Notes under the pieces: model-generated
The model's input: the letters and a program-made list of their open reading frames with translations, nothing else
Database searches by the model: none
Told to the model about the DNA's origin: nothing
Translations under genes and position numbers: made by a program
In this document: piece by piece, positions 23,953-31,814 of the stretch
Position numbering within the stretch: the first letter of the stretch is position 1
How the letters are laid out: every line of letters starts with the position of its first letter
Source: Halogeometricum borinquense DSM 11551
GTDB lineage: Archaea; Halobacteriota; Halobacteria; Halobacteriales; Haloferacaceae
Direction: 5' to 3'
Assembly: GCF_000172995.2 (NCBI RefSeq)
Contig: NC_014729.1
Span: 600,001-632,000 of the forward strand
DNA length: 32,000 bases

Positions 23953-24657
23953 ATGCGGATTCCGAGTGGGGTAAGTGGATTCGACCATCTCATCCAAGGT
24001 GGGTTCCTCCCCGGCCGACTCTACGTCCTTTCAGGACCTCCGGGTAGTGGGAAGACGACGTTCACCACCCAGTACGTCGCTGAGGGACTCCGAAACGGGG
24101 AGAACTGTATGTATATCACGATGCACGAGAGCCGAGAGGAACTCGTCAACGACATGTCGAGCTATGACTTCGGGTTCGAGACGCTCACGGAGTCGGACCA
24201 GTTCCGGTTCATCAACCTTGCCAGTCAGAAAGGCAAGCACGTGCTGAACCAGTTCTCTGGTGGTGGGGGTTCCTCAGGTGTCCAGAGTCTCACCGACAAA
24301 ATCGTCGCTTTCGTGAACTCGCGGAAGGTGGACCGTCTCGTCATCGATTCGACGATGCTCCTTCAGTTACTGTTCACAGGTGACGATCAGGAGATGACGC
24401 GGTTTTTGACCGCGCTGAAACAGGGTGATGCGACGACGCTTCTCATCTCCGAGATGACGGACCCGAGTTCGTACTCCGACGAACACTTCCTCGCGCACGG
24501 CGTTATCTTTTTCCACAATTATCTCGAAGCAACGGGGATGACCCGTGGTATCCAAGTGGTCAAGATGCGCGGGACGGATATCGACTGTGACATTCGCTCG
24601 CTGAACTTCACCGACGAGGGATTGGTCGTCGATCCGATGGATCACGTGGAATTCTGA
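23953..24657 (+). CDS. single-domain KaiC/RecA-superfamily ATPase (RAD55/KaiC-like), 234 aa
   Basis: The ATG at 23953 gives MRIPSGVSGFDHLIQGGFLPGRLYVLSGPPGSGKTTF (Walker A). Walker-B-like VDRLVIDS is present, followed by TTLLISEM and GIQVVKMRGTDID, typical of KaiC/RadA-like cores. GGTTATAAGCC lies about 30 nt upstream. Confidence 0.75.
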   Translation: MRIPSGVSGFDHLIQGGFLPGRLYVLSGPPGSGKTTFTTQYVAEGLRNGENCMYITMHESREELVNDMSSYDFGFETLTESDQFRFINLASQKGKHVLNQFSGGGGSSGVQSLTDKIVAFVNSRKVDRLVIDSTMLLQLLFTGDDQEMTRFLTALKQGDATTLLISEMTDPSSYSDEHFLAHGVIFFHNYLEATGMTRGIQVVKMRGTDIDCDIRSLNFTDEGLVVDPMDHVEF

Positions 24658-24660
24658 ACG

Positions 24661-25074
24661 ATGTACGAACGCGCCTTCGACCTCGATTGGGACTCTCTCA
24701 GTGCCGAAGAAGCACTCCGCCGCATGTACGCACTGGGTATCTCCACTGAATTGGGACACACGTACGACGATGAGCGGACGCGCATCCTGCGTATCGCTAA
24801 CACCGCCTATCAGCGGAGTGTCCTCGATCTAGCGTACAACGAGGGACGAAACGCGATTCGGGATCACAGGGCGGAGTACGAGTCCGACGAGGCGGCGTGG
24901 GAGAACCTCATCGAGGCGAAGGGGATCGATGTGGACCCCTCTGTCGGAGACATCGATGTTGACGAGACGCCGAACGAACTCCCCGGTGCCGTCGAACGCG
25001 CGTCGATGCTGGATCTTGACGTGGACGACCTCGAACGACTCAAACTGCCGAAGTTCCTTCGCCGCGAGGACTGA
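24661..25074 (+). CDS. acidic 137-aa protein of unknown function, coupled to the KaiC-like ATPase
   Basis: The ATG at 24661 lies 3 nt after the ATPase TGA. The sequence is MYERAFDLDWDSLSAEEALRRMYALGISTELGHTYDDERTRILRIANTAYQRSVLDLAYNEGRNAIRDHRAEYESDEAAWENL...LERLKLPKFLRRED. It is predicted helical with a basic C-terminal tip. Confidence 0.6.
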   Translation: MYERAFDLDWDSLSAEEALRRMYALGISTELGHTYDDERTRILRIANTAYQRSVLDLAYNEGRNAIRDHRAEYESDEAAWENLIEAKGIDVDPSVGDIDVDETPNELPGAVERASMLDLDVDDLERLKLPKFLRRED

Positions 25075-25110
25075 GACGGAACGTAGACGGGAGCTGTACG
25101 GGATTAGTAC

Positions 25111-25164
25111 GGGACCGTGAGTTCTTGCGGGACCGTGAGTTCTTGCGGGACCGTGAGTTCTTGC
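25111..25164. repeat. three perfect tandem copies of the 18-mer GGGACCGTGAGTTCTTGC, intergenic, 23 nt upstream of msrB
   Basis: Read directly: 25111..25128, 25129..25146 and 25147..25164 are identical. GTACGG-containing motifs flank the array at 25097..25102, 25107..25112 and 25179..25184. Confidence 0.95.
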
Positions 25165-25187
25165 GTGTCGGGTGCCTAGTACGGTCT

Positions 25188-25595
25188 ATGTCCGAACGGC
25201 GTTCCGAAGACGTTCCGACGACCGATGAGGAGTGGCGCGAGCGACTTTCCGAGGAGGAGTATCACATTCTCCGCGAGCGCGGGACCGAACCAAGATTCAG
25301 CGGAGACCACGTAGACCGAGACGAGGACGGTGCGTATCTGTGTACCGGGTGCGGAGCCGAACTGTTCGATGCCGAGACGAAGTTCGACTCGGGATGCGGA
25401 TGGCCGTCGTTTTTCGCCGCTCACGACGACGCCATCGAGACGGAGACGGACACTCGCCACGGAATGCGCCGTATCGAAGTGCTATGTGAGAACTGCGGCG
25501 GACATCTCGGACACGTGTTCGACGACGGTCCGGAGCCGACGGGGAAGCGGTACTGTATCAACTCTGTCGCCTTGGAGTTCGACCCCGATGAGTGA
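25188..25595 (+). CDS. msrB: peptide-methionine (R)-S-oxide reductase MsrB (135 aa)
   Basis: The ATG at 25188 gives MSERRSEDVPTTDEEWRERLSEEEYHILRERGTEPRFSG. The zinc site is CTGCGAELF...CENCGGHLGHVF and the catalytic motif is RYCINS. Confidence 0.9.
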   Translation: MSERRSEDVPTTDEEWRERLSEEEYHILRERGTEPRFSGDHVDRDEDGAYLCTGCGAELFDAETKFDSGCGWPSFFAAHDDAIETETDTRHGMRRIEVLCENCGGHLGHVFDDGPEPTGKRYCINSVALEFDPDE

Positions 25596-25730
25596 GCACA
25601 CCACCGAGTGACCGATCGCTCGTGTTCGAGCACCGTCGAGAAACTTAGATACACGGTAACGCGGCGTAACGCGCTTCCTTCCGCGTAATACGCGGCTCAT
25701 ACTCTTTTCCGGCGGTGACCTGGTCGGCGT

Positions 25731-25985
25731 ATGAATCGACCTGTCAGCCGCCAGCGCCGCAGCGCCTCTCTTTCGGTGTATCTCCTCTTTTTTCTCGGCC
25801 TGATCGGCATTGTGACGGGAATTGCATACCCTGCCGAAGCGTTCTTCAACGCTGCCACCCCGGAGTCGCTTGTCACTTCCGGGGTGAATCTCGACCGTGG
25901 GTCGCTCCTTCTCGGCGGCACCCTCGTCGTCCTCGGATCCTGTTCTATCGTCATCGCTGAGCTTCTCATCCTCGCTCGAATCTGA
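25731..25985 (+). CDS. small membrane protein (84 aa, 2 TM helices)
   Basis: ATG at 25731. The sequence is MNRPVSRQRRSASLSVYLLFFLGLIGIVTGIAYP...GSLLLGGTLVVLGSCSIVIAELLILARI. It is on the same strand as the second transducer and upstream of it. Confidence 0.45.
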   Translation: MNRPVSRQRRSASLSVYLLFFLGLIGIVTGIAYPAEAFFNAATPESLVTSGVNLDRGSLLLGGTLVVLGSCSIVIAELLILARI

Positions 25986-26103
25986 GCCAGTATCTCCTGT
26001 GATACTCTTGTATACTCCTCCCCTGAATCTGACAGGGGTTTAGAAACCCCGAAATAAGTCGGTCTATTCGATGTACTGTTCGAGTACTATTCACTCAATA
26101 ACC

Positions 26104-26112
26104 TATATATTA
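26104..26112 (+). promoter_or_regulatory. TATA box (TATATATTA) upstream of the second transducer gene
   Basis: The element lies in a block that is strongly AT-rich by eye (about 26060..26125). A TSS about 26 nt downstream (about 26134) would fall after the TTG at 26126 and the ATG at 26129, which favours the ATG at 26150 as the start. Confidence 0.4.
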
Positions 26113-26149
26113 CGACACTTTATCATTGATGAGAAGTGATGTTGGCTCG

Positions 26150-28561
26150 ATGGCAAGTATCTGGTCTCGGCTTCGGTTCGGTGCTATTCAGGATACGTTC
26201 CGGAACATTCGAAGTTATCTTTCGCGCTCGGTCGTCGCGTCACTCGTTCCGAAAGCCGTTCGTCGCCGCTACGCGTGGAAGTTCGCCGCGGCGATGCTCG
26301 TCGCCATGCTCGTTATGGGATCTGTCGGGGCCGTCTCGTACACGCAGGTAACGGAGTCGCTGGATTCACAGGTTGAAACGCAGGTTACGTCTACAGCCGA
26401 GTTACAGGCTGACGGCATGGACGAGTGGCTCGCGAGCAAATCCGCACAGACGCGGGCGCTCTCGCAGGCCAAGGAGTTTCAACTCGGACAAGAACGGAAG
26501 ATTGACCTCTACCTGTTCAGTCAGGCGAATGATCTCTCCTCGGATGTTGTTGCGATTCACTACGTCCGCGTCGCCTCAGGGGACGTCGTTTCCAGTACTG
26601 CCCGTGAGATGAAAGGGGAGAACGCGGCCGAGATGGGGCTTCCGTGGGCGGAGAACCGTACGGCAATCGACTCGAAGACGAACGACGCGAGCGTTGTCCA
26701 CGTCTCGAAGACGCCGTACGAGTCTCCGGTCGCCGATGGCAAAGCCCTCGCGTTCATCAGCGCCGTGCCGTCGAACACCGAACACGCCGTCGTCGTGACC
26801 GTGAACCTCACTCACCGAGTCGGACAGTTCTATCAGACGATGGCCGAGGGAGAGACGACCATCTACGATGTCGAGGGCGACCCGGTCGTCTCTACCGGGC
26901 CGGACGCTGAAGCGACAAACGTCTCACACGCCGCACTCGGTACGTCCGCACAGTTCTCCCGCGGCGACGACGCGGTTGCCGCGTACGCGCCACTCGACGA
27001 CATGAACTGGGTTGTCGGGACGCGCGTCCCGACGCAAAGCGCGTACGCTCTCCGTAACGGCGTCGGACAAAGTCTCCTGTGGACCGTCCTCGCGGCCGTC
27101 GGCGCACTCGGCGTCGCCGCCGTCGTCATCGGTCGTCGGACGACACGGACACTGACACACCTGACCGACCGGGCCGAGATGATGGCCGACGGTCATCTTG
27201 AGGAACCCTTAGAGTCGTCCCGTGAGGACGAGTTCGGCCGTCTCTACGACGCGGTCGATGCTATGCGCGCGTCGCTGCGGACAAGTCTGCACGAGGCGGA
27301 AGCCCTCAACAACCATCTCGAATCGACTGCCGAAGACTACAGAGCAGTCATGGAACAGTGTGCTGACGGAGATCTAACCTGCCGGATGGATCCCGACGAC
27401 GAGAACAAAGCGATGGCTGACGTCGCCCACGCATACAATCGGATGGTAGACGAACTCGCGGCTGTCGTCGGCGACGCGCAGTCGTTCAGCGAGGGTGTGG
27501 CTGATGCGAGTGCGCAGACAAGTGCAAACGTCGCAGCGGTCAAAGATGCGAGTGCGGACGTTAGCGAGTCGATGACGAACATCTTAGACGACGCAGTCCG
27601 ACAGGACGACCACCTCACGGACGCCGCCGACCGGATGAACGAGTTCTCGGCGACAGTCCAGCAGATGTCCGCCTCGGCGGCGGACGTGGCGGAGCGTGCC
27701 GACGCCGCGGCTGAACGTGGCGAACGCGGACGTGCGGCCGCCGAAGACGCAGTGGCCGAGCTTCAGGTTATCGACGAGGCCACTGCAGAAACCGTCTCGA
27801 CCGTCGAAGAACTAGAATCCGTTATCGAGGACATCGAATCGGTCGTCTCCTTCATCGACGGCATCGCAGAGCAGACGAATATTCTCGCCCTCAACGCCTC
27901 CATCGAGGCCGCCCGTGCGGGCGAGGCTGGCGAAGGATTCGCCGTCGTCGCCGAGGAAGTCAAATCGCTCGCAGCGGAGACACAGGCCGCGACGGAGGAT
28001 ATCGAGTCGTCCATCGACCGAGTGCGCGAACAGACCGAGACGACCGCGGACGACATTCGACGCACCCGCGAACGAGTCGTCGATGGGTCCGAGACGGTCA
28101 CGGAGGCGATGGATGCCATCGAGACCATCGTGGACGACGTAGAGCAGACGTCCGAGGCGGTCCAAGAGATACGCGCGGCCACGGAACGACAAGCCGAGAC
28201 GGCGACCGAAGTCGTCGGCGTCGTTGCGGACGTTTCCGAGATCAGTGACCGCACGAGTTCGGCCGCCGAAGACGCCGCGGCCACGGCCCAACAACAGACC
28301 GCCTCGCTGGTTGCTGTCTCCGACAGCGTCGATTCCCTGGCCGACCGTGCGGACGAGCTTCAGCAGGCACTCGACCGATTCGACGTGACCGGCTCAGTCG
28401 TCGTCGCGGACGAATCGTCCCCGGTTCCGGCTGATAACGACCCGTCGGCGCTTCCCGCACACACCGGGTCGGAGAACTCGTCAACCGATGCCGTCTCGGT
28501 CCAGTCAGACGGCGGTGACAACCTGAACAGGCCGTCTTGGCGAGTATCTGACGACGAGTGA
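26150..28561 (+). CDS. methyl-accepting chemotaxis protein / halobacterial transducer (803 aa from ATG 26150): TM, Cache-like domain, TM, HAMP, MCP signalling domain, about 55-aa tail
   Basis: TM1 is [18 protein letters not shown] and TM2 is [24 protein letters not shown] is [17 protein letters not shown]...[13 protein letters not shown] and the MCP core is [39 protein letters not shown]. It is a paralogue of 6326..8848. The start could instead be 26129. Confidence 0.9.
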   Translation: MASIWSRLRFGAIQDTFRNIRSYLSRSVVASLVPKAVRRRYAWKFAAAMLVAMLVMGSVGAVSYTQVTESLDSQVETQVTSTAELQADGMDEWLASKSAQTRALSQAKEFQLGQERKIDLYLFSQANDLSSDVVAIHYVRVASGDVVSSTAREMKGENAAEMGLPWAENRTAIDSKTNDASVVHVSKTPYESPVADGKALAFISAVPSNTEHAVVVTVNLTHRVGQFYQTMAEGETTIYDVEGDPVVSTGPDAEATNVSHAALGTSAQFSRGDDAVAAYAPLDDMNWVVGTRVPTQSAYALRNGVGQSLLWTVLAAVGALGVAAVVIGRRTTRTLTHLTDRAEMMADGHLEEPLESSREDEFGRLYDAVDAMRASLRTSLHEAEALNNHLESTAEDYRAVMEQCADGDLTCRMDPDDENKAMADVAHAYNRMVDELAAVVGDAQSFSEGVADASAQTSANVAAVKDASADVSESMTNILDDAVRQDDHLTDAADRMNEFSATVQQMSASAADVAERADAAAERGERGRAAAEDAVAELQVIDEATAETVSTVEELESVIEDIESVVSFIDGIAEQTNILALNASIEAARAGEAGEGFAVVAEEVKSLAAETQAATEDIESSIDRVREQTETTADDIRRTRERVVDGSETVTEAMDAIETIVDDVEQTSEAVQEIRAATERQAETATEVVGVVADVSEISDRTSSAAEDAAATAQQQTASLVAVSDSVDSLADRADELQQALDRFDVTGSVVVADESSPVPADNDPSALPAHTGSENSSTDAVSVQSDGGDNLNRPSWRVSDDE

Positions 28562-28609
28562 GGGACGGTGGCCGAGAGGATACTTGTCGCTTCCGTCCGA
28601 GTATCCGCC

Positions 28610-29095
28610 ATGGCCTCTCCCGTCCCCACCGAGATCGAACGGTTGCTGACGAGCGAACCGCTGATGGCGCACGTGGCGACGTGTCGGAATGGTCGCCCGC
28701 ACGCTGCACCCGTCTGGTACCGTTACGAGGATGGTGTCGTCGAACTCGTCACTAGCGGAACGAAACTGCGAAATCTGCGGGAGAACCCTCGCGTCGCGCT
28801 CTCGATTCAGAAGGACGAAAACGGCGACGCAAAGTGGATGGTCTCACTCCTTGGGACGGCGACAGTGATCGACGACGAGGAAGCCACGCGCGAGGCGACG
28901 CGAAAAATAAACCGGAAGTACGGGGCCGAAGAGGACGCGTGGTCCGAAAACGTCCTCGTCCGTATCGACGTGGGGACCGCGAGTTACCGCACCTACCTGA
29001 ATCAAGGAGAGAGTCCCGACGTTTACGGCGGGCGTGAATCCGACACTCTACGGCACAACCCACGTTCGCCGCTTACTCCGGGGTATCCTCCCTGA
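28610..29095 (+). CDS. pyridoxamine 5'-phosphate oxidase-family (split beta-barrel flavin/F420-binding) protein, 161 aa
   Basis: The ATG at 28610 gives MASPVPTEIERLLTSEPLMAHVATCRNGRPHAAPVWYRYEDGVVELVTSGTKLRNLRENPRVALSIQ, the typical PNPOx-like N-terminal pattern. The last 30 or so residues look like a non-conserved tail. Confidence 0.7.
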   Translation: MASPVPTEIERLLTSEPLMAHVATCRNGRPHAAPVWYRYEDGVVELVTSGTKLRNLRENPRVALSIQKDENGDAKWMVSLLGTATVIDDEEATREATRKINRKYGAEEDAWSENVLVRIDVGTASYRTYLNQGESPDVYGGRESDTLRHNPRSPLTPGYPP

Positions 29096-29140
29096 CTTTC
29101 TTCTCGCCTTCGAGGAGCAACCCCTTCCACGTCAATCCAC

Positions 29141-29956
29141 TCAGAGAAGCGTCGCATCGCGCGGCAGCCACGTCTGCTCGGTTTGTTCGGCGACCGGACT
29201 CGGTTTAACGAGTTCAGGCTCGTCGCCTGCGTCCTCGAATCGGTCCGGGTTCGGTTCGACGCGTTCGAGTGCAGACGAGAACTCCGAGCCTCGTCTCCCA
29301 AACGCGGAGACGACACCACCTGTTCGTCTGTCTTCGAACGCGGTTGTTCGTGGGTCCGGAAACTCATCGCGGAGTATCGACGCTGTCGAGCGGATACTCT
29401 CGGCTGCTTGCTGCTGTGACAGTATACTCTCGTGGTAGTACGTTTCGGCGTACGTAGAGTCGGGTTCCTCAGCGAGATGTTCGGGTGACTCGTACCGGAC
29501 AGCGTTACGCGTTGCGTGCGTACTCGCAAATCGGATATTTATGACACAGCAGTGCGGATAGCGGAGGATGACGGGAAAGAAGCTCATCTCCGAGACAGTG
29601 ATCATCTGCTGCAATCGCCAGATTGCCTCGGACAGATAGGCGGCCATCGCCGCAAGGCCGTCGTCTCGTTCATCGGCGACGTACGCTCTCGCCAGCGTCT
29701 CGTATTCATCGCCCGCAAACCCTTCGAGCGACGTCCGATAGCTCTCACTGATCTGTTCTAGTTGTTGTTCGTATGCCTCGACGACCGACGACTGCGGGTC
29801 GTCAAGCATCTCAGCTTTCTGTGCCTGTGCAGCAGCCACGTTCGCCATGTTTCGGTGAAACGCCAGTTCGGCCTCCTCATCGGGGAGTGGAATCCGCAAT
29901 GCACCTTCTTGGAGGACGTCGATGTCGGCGTCCGAGGAGGACTGTTGTTGATACAC
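29141..29956 (-). CDS. uncharacterised 271-aa cytoplasmic protein, paralogue A of a tandem pair
   Basis: GTG start at 29956, which is the first in-frame start and aligns with the MGYQ start of paralogue B. It aligns without gaps to 30152..30967 over all 271 residues. I recognise no family motif. Confidence 0.65.
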   Translation of the reverse strand: MYQQQSSSDADIDVLQEGALRIPLPDEEAELAFHRNMANVAAAQAQKAEMLDDPQSSVVEAYEQQLEQISESYRTSLEGFAGDEYETLARAYVADERDDGLAAMAAYLSEAIWRLQQMITVSEMSFFPVILRYPHCCVINIRFASTHATRNAVRYESPEHLAEEPDSTYAETYYHESILSQQQAAESIRSTASILRDEFPDPRTTAFEDRRTGGVVSAFGRRGSEFSSALERVEPNPDRFEDAGDEPELVKPSPVAEQTEQTWLPRDATLL

Positions 29957-30151
29957 GTCTTCTCACTCTTCGTCTTGGACCTTCTTAGCCTCTCTGAACC
30001 AACCACCGAACTCGGAACCGGTTCATCGTCGAGTCCAACAGTTCGATTCAGCGGTCAGATGACCGCCATGAAGTATCCACTGCCGATGCCGGCAGTACTG
30101 AACAATGAAGAATCTGGGGAACGGTGGGGAGCAGGCGTCGAAGCGTCTCGG

Positions 30152-30967
30152 TTACAGGACGAACGTTCCTTCGGGGAGCAACTCCTCTTCGGTCCGCTTT
30201 GCCTCAGCTCCTTCCTGGACCAGTGTCGCTTCGGTCATGATGTCCTCGAAGCGGTCTACGTCCGGTTCGACGCGTTTGAGCATCGAGGAGAACTCCGATC
30301 CCTTCCGTCCTCCGGCACTCACGATACCGCCGGTTTTCCGCTCTTCGAACGGAACCTCGTCGGGGTCGGGGAACTCCTCCCGGATTATCTCTGCGAACGC
30401 CTCTAACTCTTCGGCGGCCTCTTTTTGCGAGTACAGGCATTCGCTGGTGTACAGTTCGTCGTGCGTGTCGTTTAGTTCCTCAACTAAATGCTCGGGCGAC
30501 TCGTATCGAATCGACTCCGACGTGGTGTGCCCGGCCGCGAATCGAATGTTCACCGTGAAGCAGTCCGGATACCGGAGAATGATCGGGAAAAACAACATCT
30601 CCGAGACAGTGATTCGCTGTTGCATCCGCCAGAGCCCTTCGAGATAGTACGCCGCAATGGCTGCAAACGGATCATCCCGCTCGCCGCGAGCGTACGAGAG
30701 TGCGACCGATTCGTATTCGTCGCCCACGACGCGCTGGAGACGACTCCGGTAGCTCTCCGCGATTGCTTCGAGTTCACGTTCGTACGCCGTCAACAGTGAG
30801 ACGTCCGGATCCGCGAGCATCTCTGCTTTCCGGTCTAGCCCATCCGCCACGCGCATCATATTCTGATGAAACTCGCGTTCGGCCTCCTTGTCGGGTAACG
30901 GCGTCCGAACTGCCCGTTCATGAAGGACGTCTATACTCCCATTGAATCGTTCCCTTTGATACCCCAT
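30152..30967 (-). CDS. uncharacterised 271-aa cytoplasmic protein, paralogue B of a tandem pair
   Basis: The ATG at 30967 (MGYQRERFNGSIDVLHERAV...) is preferred over the ATG at 30979 for two reasons. The TATA box at 30991..31002 then sits at about -35..-24, and both paralogues become exactly 271 aa. Confidence 0.65.
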   Translation of the reverse strand: MGYQRERFNGSIDVLHERAVRTPLPDKEAEREFHQNMMRVADGLDRKAEMLADPDVSLLTAYERELEAIAESYRSRLQRVVGDEYESVALSYARGERDDPFAAIAAYYLEGLWRMQQRITVSEMLFFPIILRYPDCFTVNIRFAAGHTTSESIRYESPEHLVEELNDTHDELYTSECLYSQKEAAEELEAFAEIIREEFPDPDEVPFEERKTGGIVSAGGRKGSEFSSMLKRVEPDVDRFEDIMTEATLVQEGAEAKRTEEELLPEGTFVL

Positions 30968-30990
30968 CCGCGAACACATACTGTACTTCC

Positions 30991-31002
30991 GATATATTAA
31001 AT
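30991..31002 (-). promoter_or_regulatory. TATA box (ATTTAATATATC on the minus strand) for paralogue B
   Basis: Plus-strand gatatattaaat at 30991..31002 lies within an AT-rich 100-bp gap. It is centred about 29 nt upstream of the ATG at 30967. Confidence 0.5.
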
Positions 31003-31075
31003 GCTTACATGTTTACGCTCTCATGTGATCGTTCAGGACAGTTAAGCACGTGTCAGGGAGGATGAGTGTATGTCG

Positions 31076-31786
31076 TTACTTGACGGTGTTTTGAAGTTTC
31101 CCGATCCCTTCATACCAGATGGTTACGTCTTCGCCCGGTTCGACCAGTCCGGGGTTGGCGGGGCTCCCAAACGAGACGACGTCCCCCGGTTGGAACGTGT
31201 ACCGTTCGGAGAGGAACGAGATGATCTCTCGCGGCGAGAACAGCATCAACTCGGTGTTCGACTCCTGACGTTGTTCGCCGCCGACGTGAGTCGTCATGTC
31301 GATGCCCTCGGGATCGAGGTCTGTCTCGATCCACGGGCCGAGGGGTGCCGATCCGTCGAACGCCTTTCGCGCTGTTCGTCCCGCTTGATCGAGTGCGTCG
31401 AGGTCGTTCAGAATGGTGTAGCCCCGCACGGCATCGTCAACCTCGTCGATAGCGAGGTCGGTACACCGTTCGTCGATCACGGCGGCGAGTTCGCCCGCGT
31501 AGGTGAGTTCCTCCGTCCACGCGGGATACTCGACCGGTTCGTCGGGCGGATGGACTGACACGGGCGGCTTGATGAACCAGTCCGGAACCTCAGGCGTCTC
31601 ATACTCCATCTGTTCGAGGGTCGCGGCGAAGTTCCGGCCGACGCAATAACACGCCGACGGCTCGCACGGTGCAAGCAACTCGGCATCGTCGCCGACGATG
31701 TACGCGCCATCGTCCGTCTCAACCGTCCCATCGTCGTATTCACCCGTCAGTACCCCGTCGGCGGTCCGGATTCGTGCCAGTCGCAT
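31076..31786 (-). CDS. fumarylacetoacetate hydrolase (FAH) family protein (236 aa)
   Basis: The ATG at 31786 gives MRLARIRTADGVLTGEYDDG, the classic FAH-family start. Further motifs are CVGRNFAATLEQM, YAGELAAVI, GYTILNDLDA and FQPGDVVSFGSPANPG. The track start at 31861 is a TTG 25 codons upstream. Confidence 0.85.
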   Translation of the reverse strand: MRLARIRTADGVLTGEYDDGTVETDDGAYIVGDDAELLAPCEPSACYCVGRNFAATLEQMEYETPEVPDWFIKPPVSVHPPDEPVEYPAWTEELTYAGELAAVIDERCTDLAIDEVDDAVRGYTILNDLDALDQAGRTARKAFDGSAPLGPWIETDLDPEGIDMTTHVGGEQRQESNTELMLFSPREIISFLSERYTFQPGDVVSFGSPANPGLVEPGEDVTIWYEGIGKLQNTVK

Positions 31787-31814
31787 GTGCGAGCCGTTCA
31801 CGGGGTACCGGACT

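Noticed and set aside
22909-23997. 362-aa minus-strand ORF
   Set aside because: It is antisense to the HAD hydrolase (DNDGVL and GDSETD motifs on the plus strand) and extends across an intergenic region. The sequence is Arg-rich nonsense.
25111-25164. Possible CRISPR array (also considered for 18086..18139)
   Set aside because: The repeats are directly abutting with no spacers, there are only three copies of 18 bp, and no cas genes are present. These are tandem minisatellite-type repeats, and one of them lies in frame inside a CDS.
25125-25187. N-terminal extension of msrB reading through the 18-bp repeats (MRDREFLRDREFLRVGCLVRS)
   Set aside because: The extension starts at a TTG inside the repeat array. 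The MSERR ATG at 25188 gives a normal-length MsrB. The extension is just the repeat translated in frame, since 18 bp equals 6 codons.
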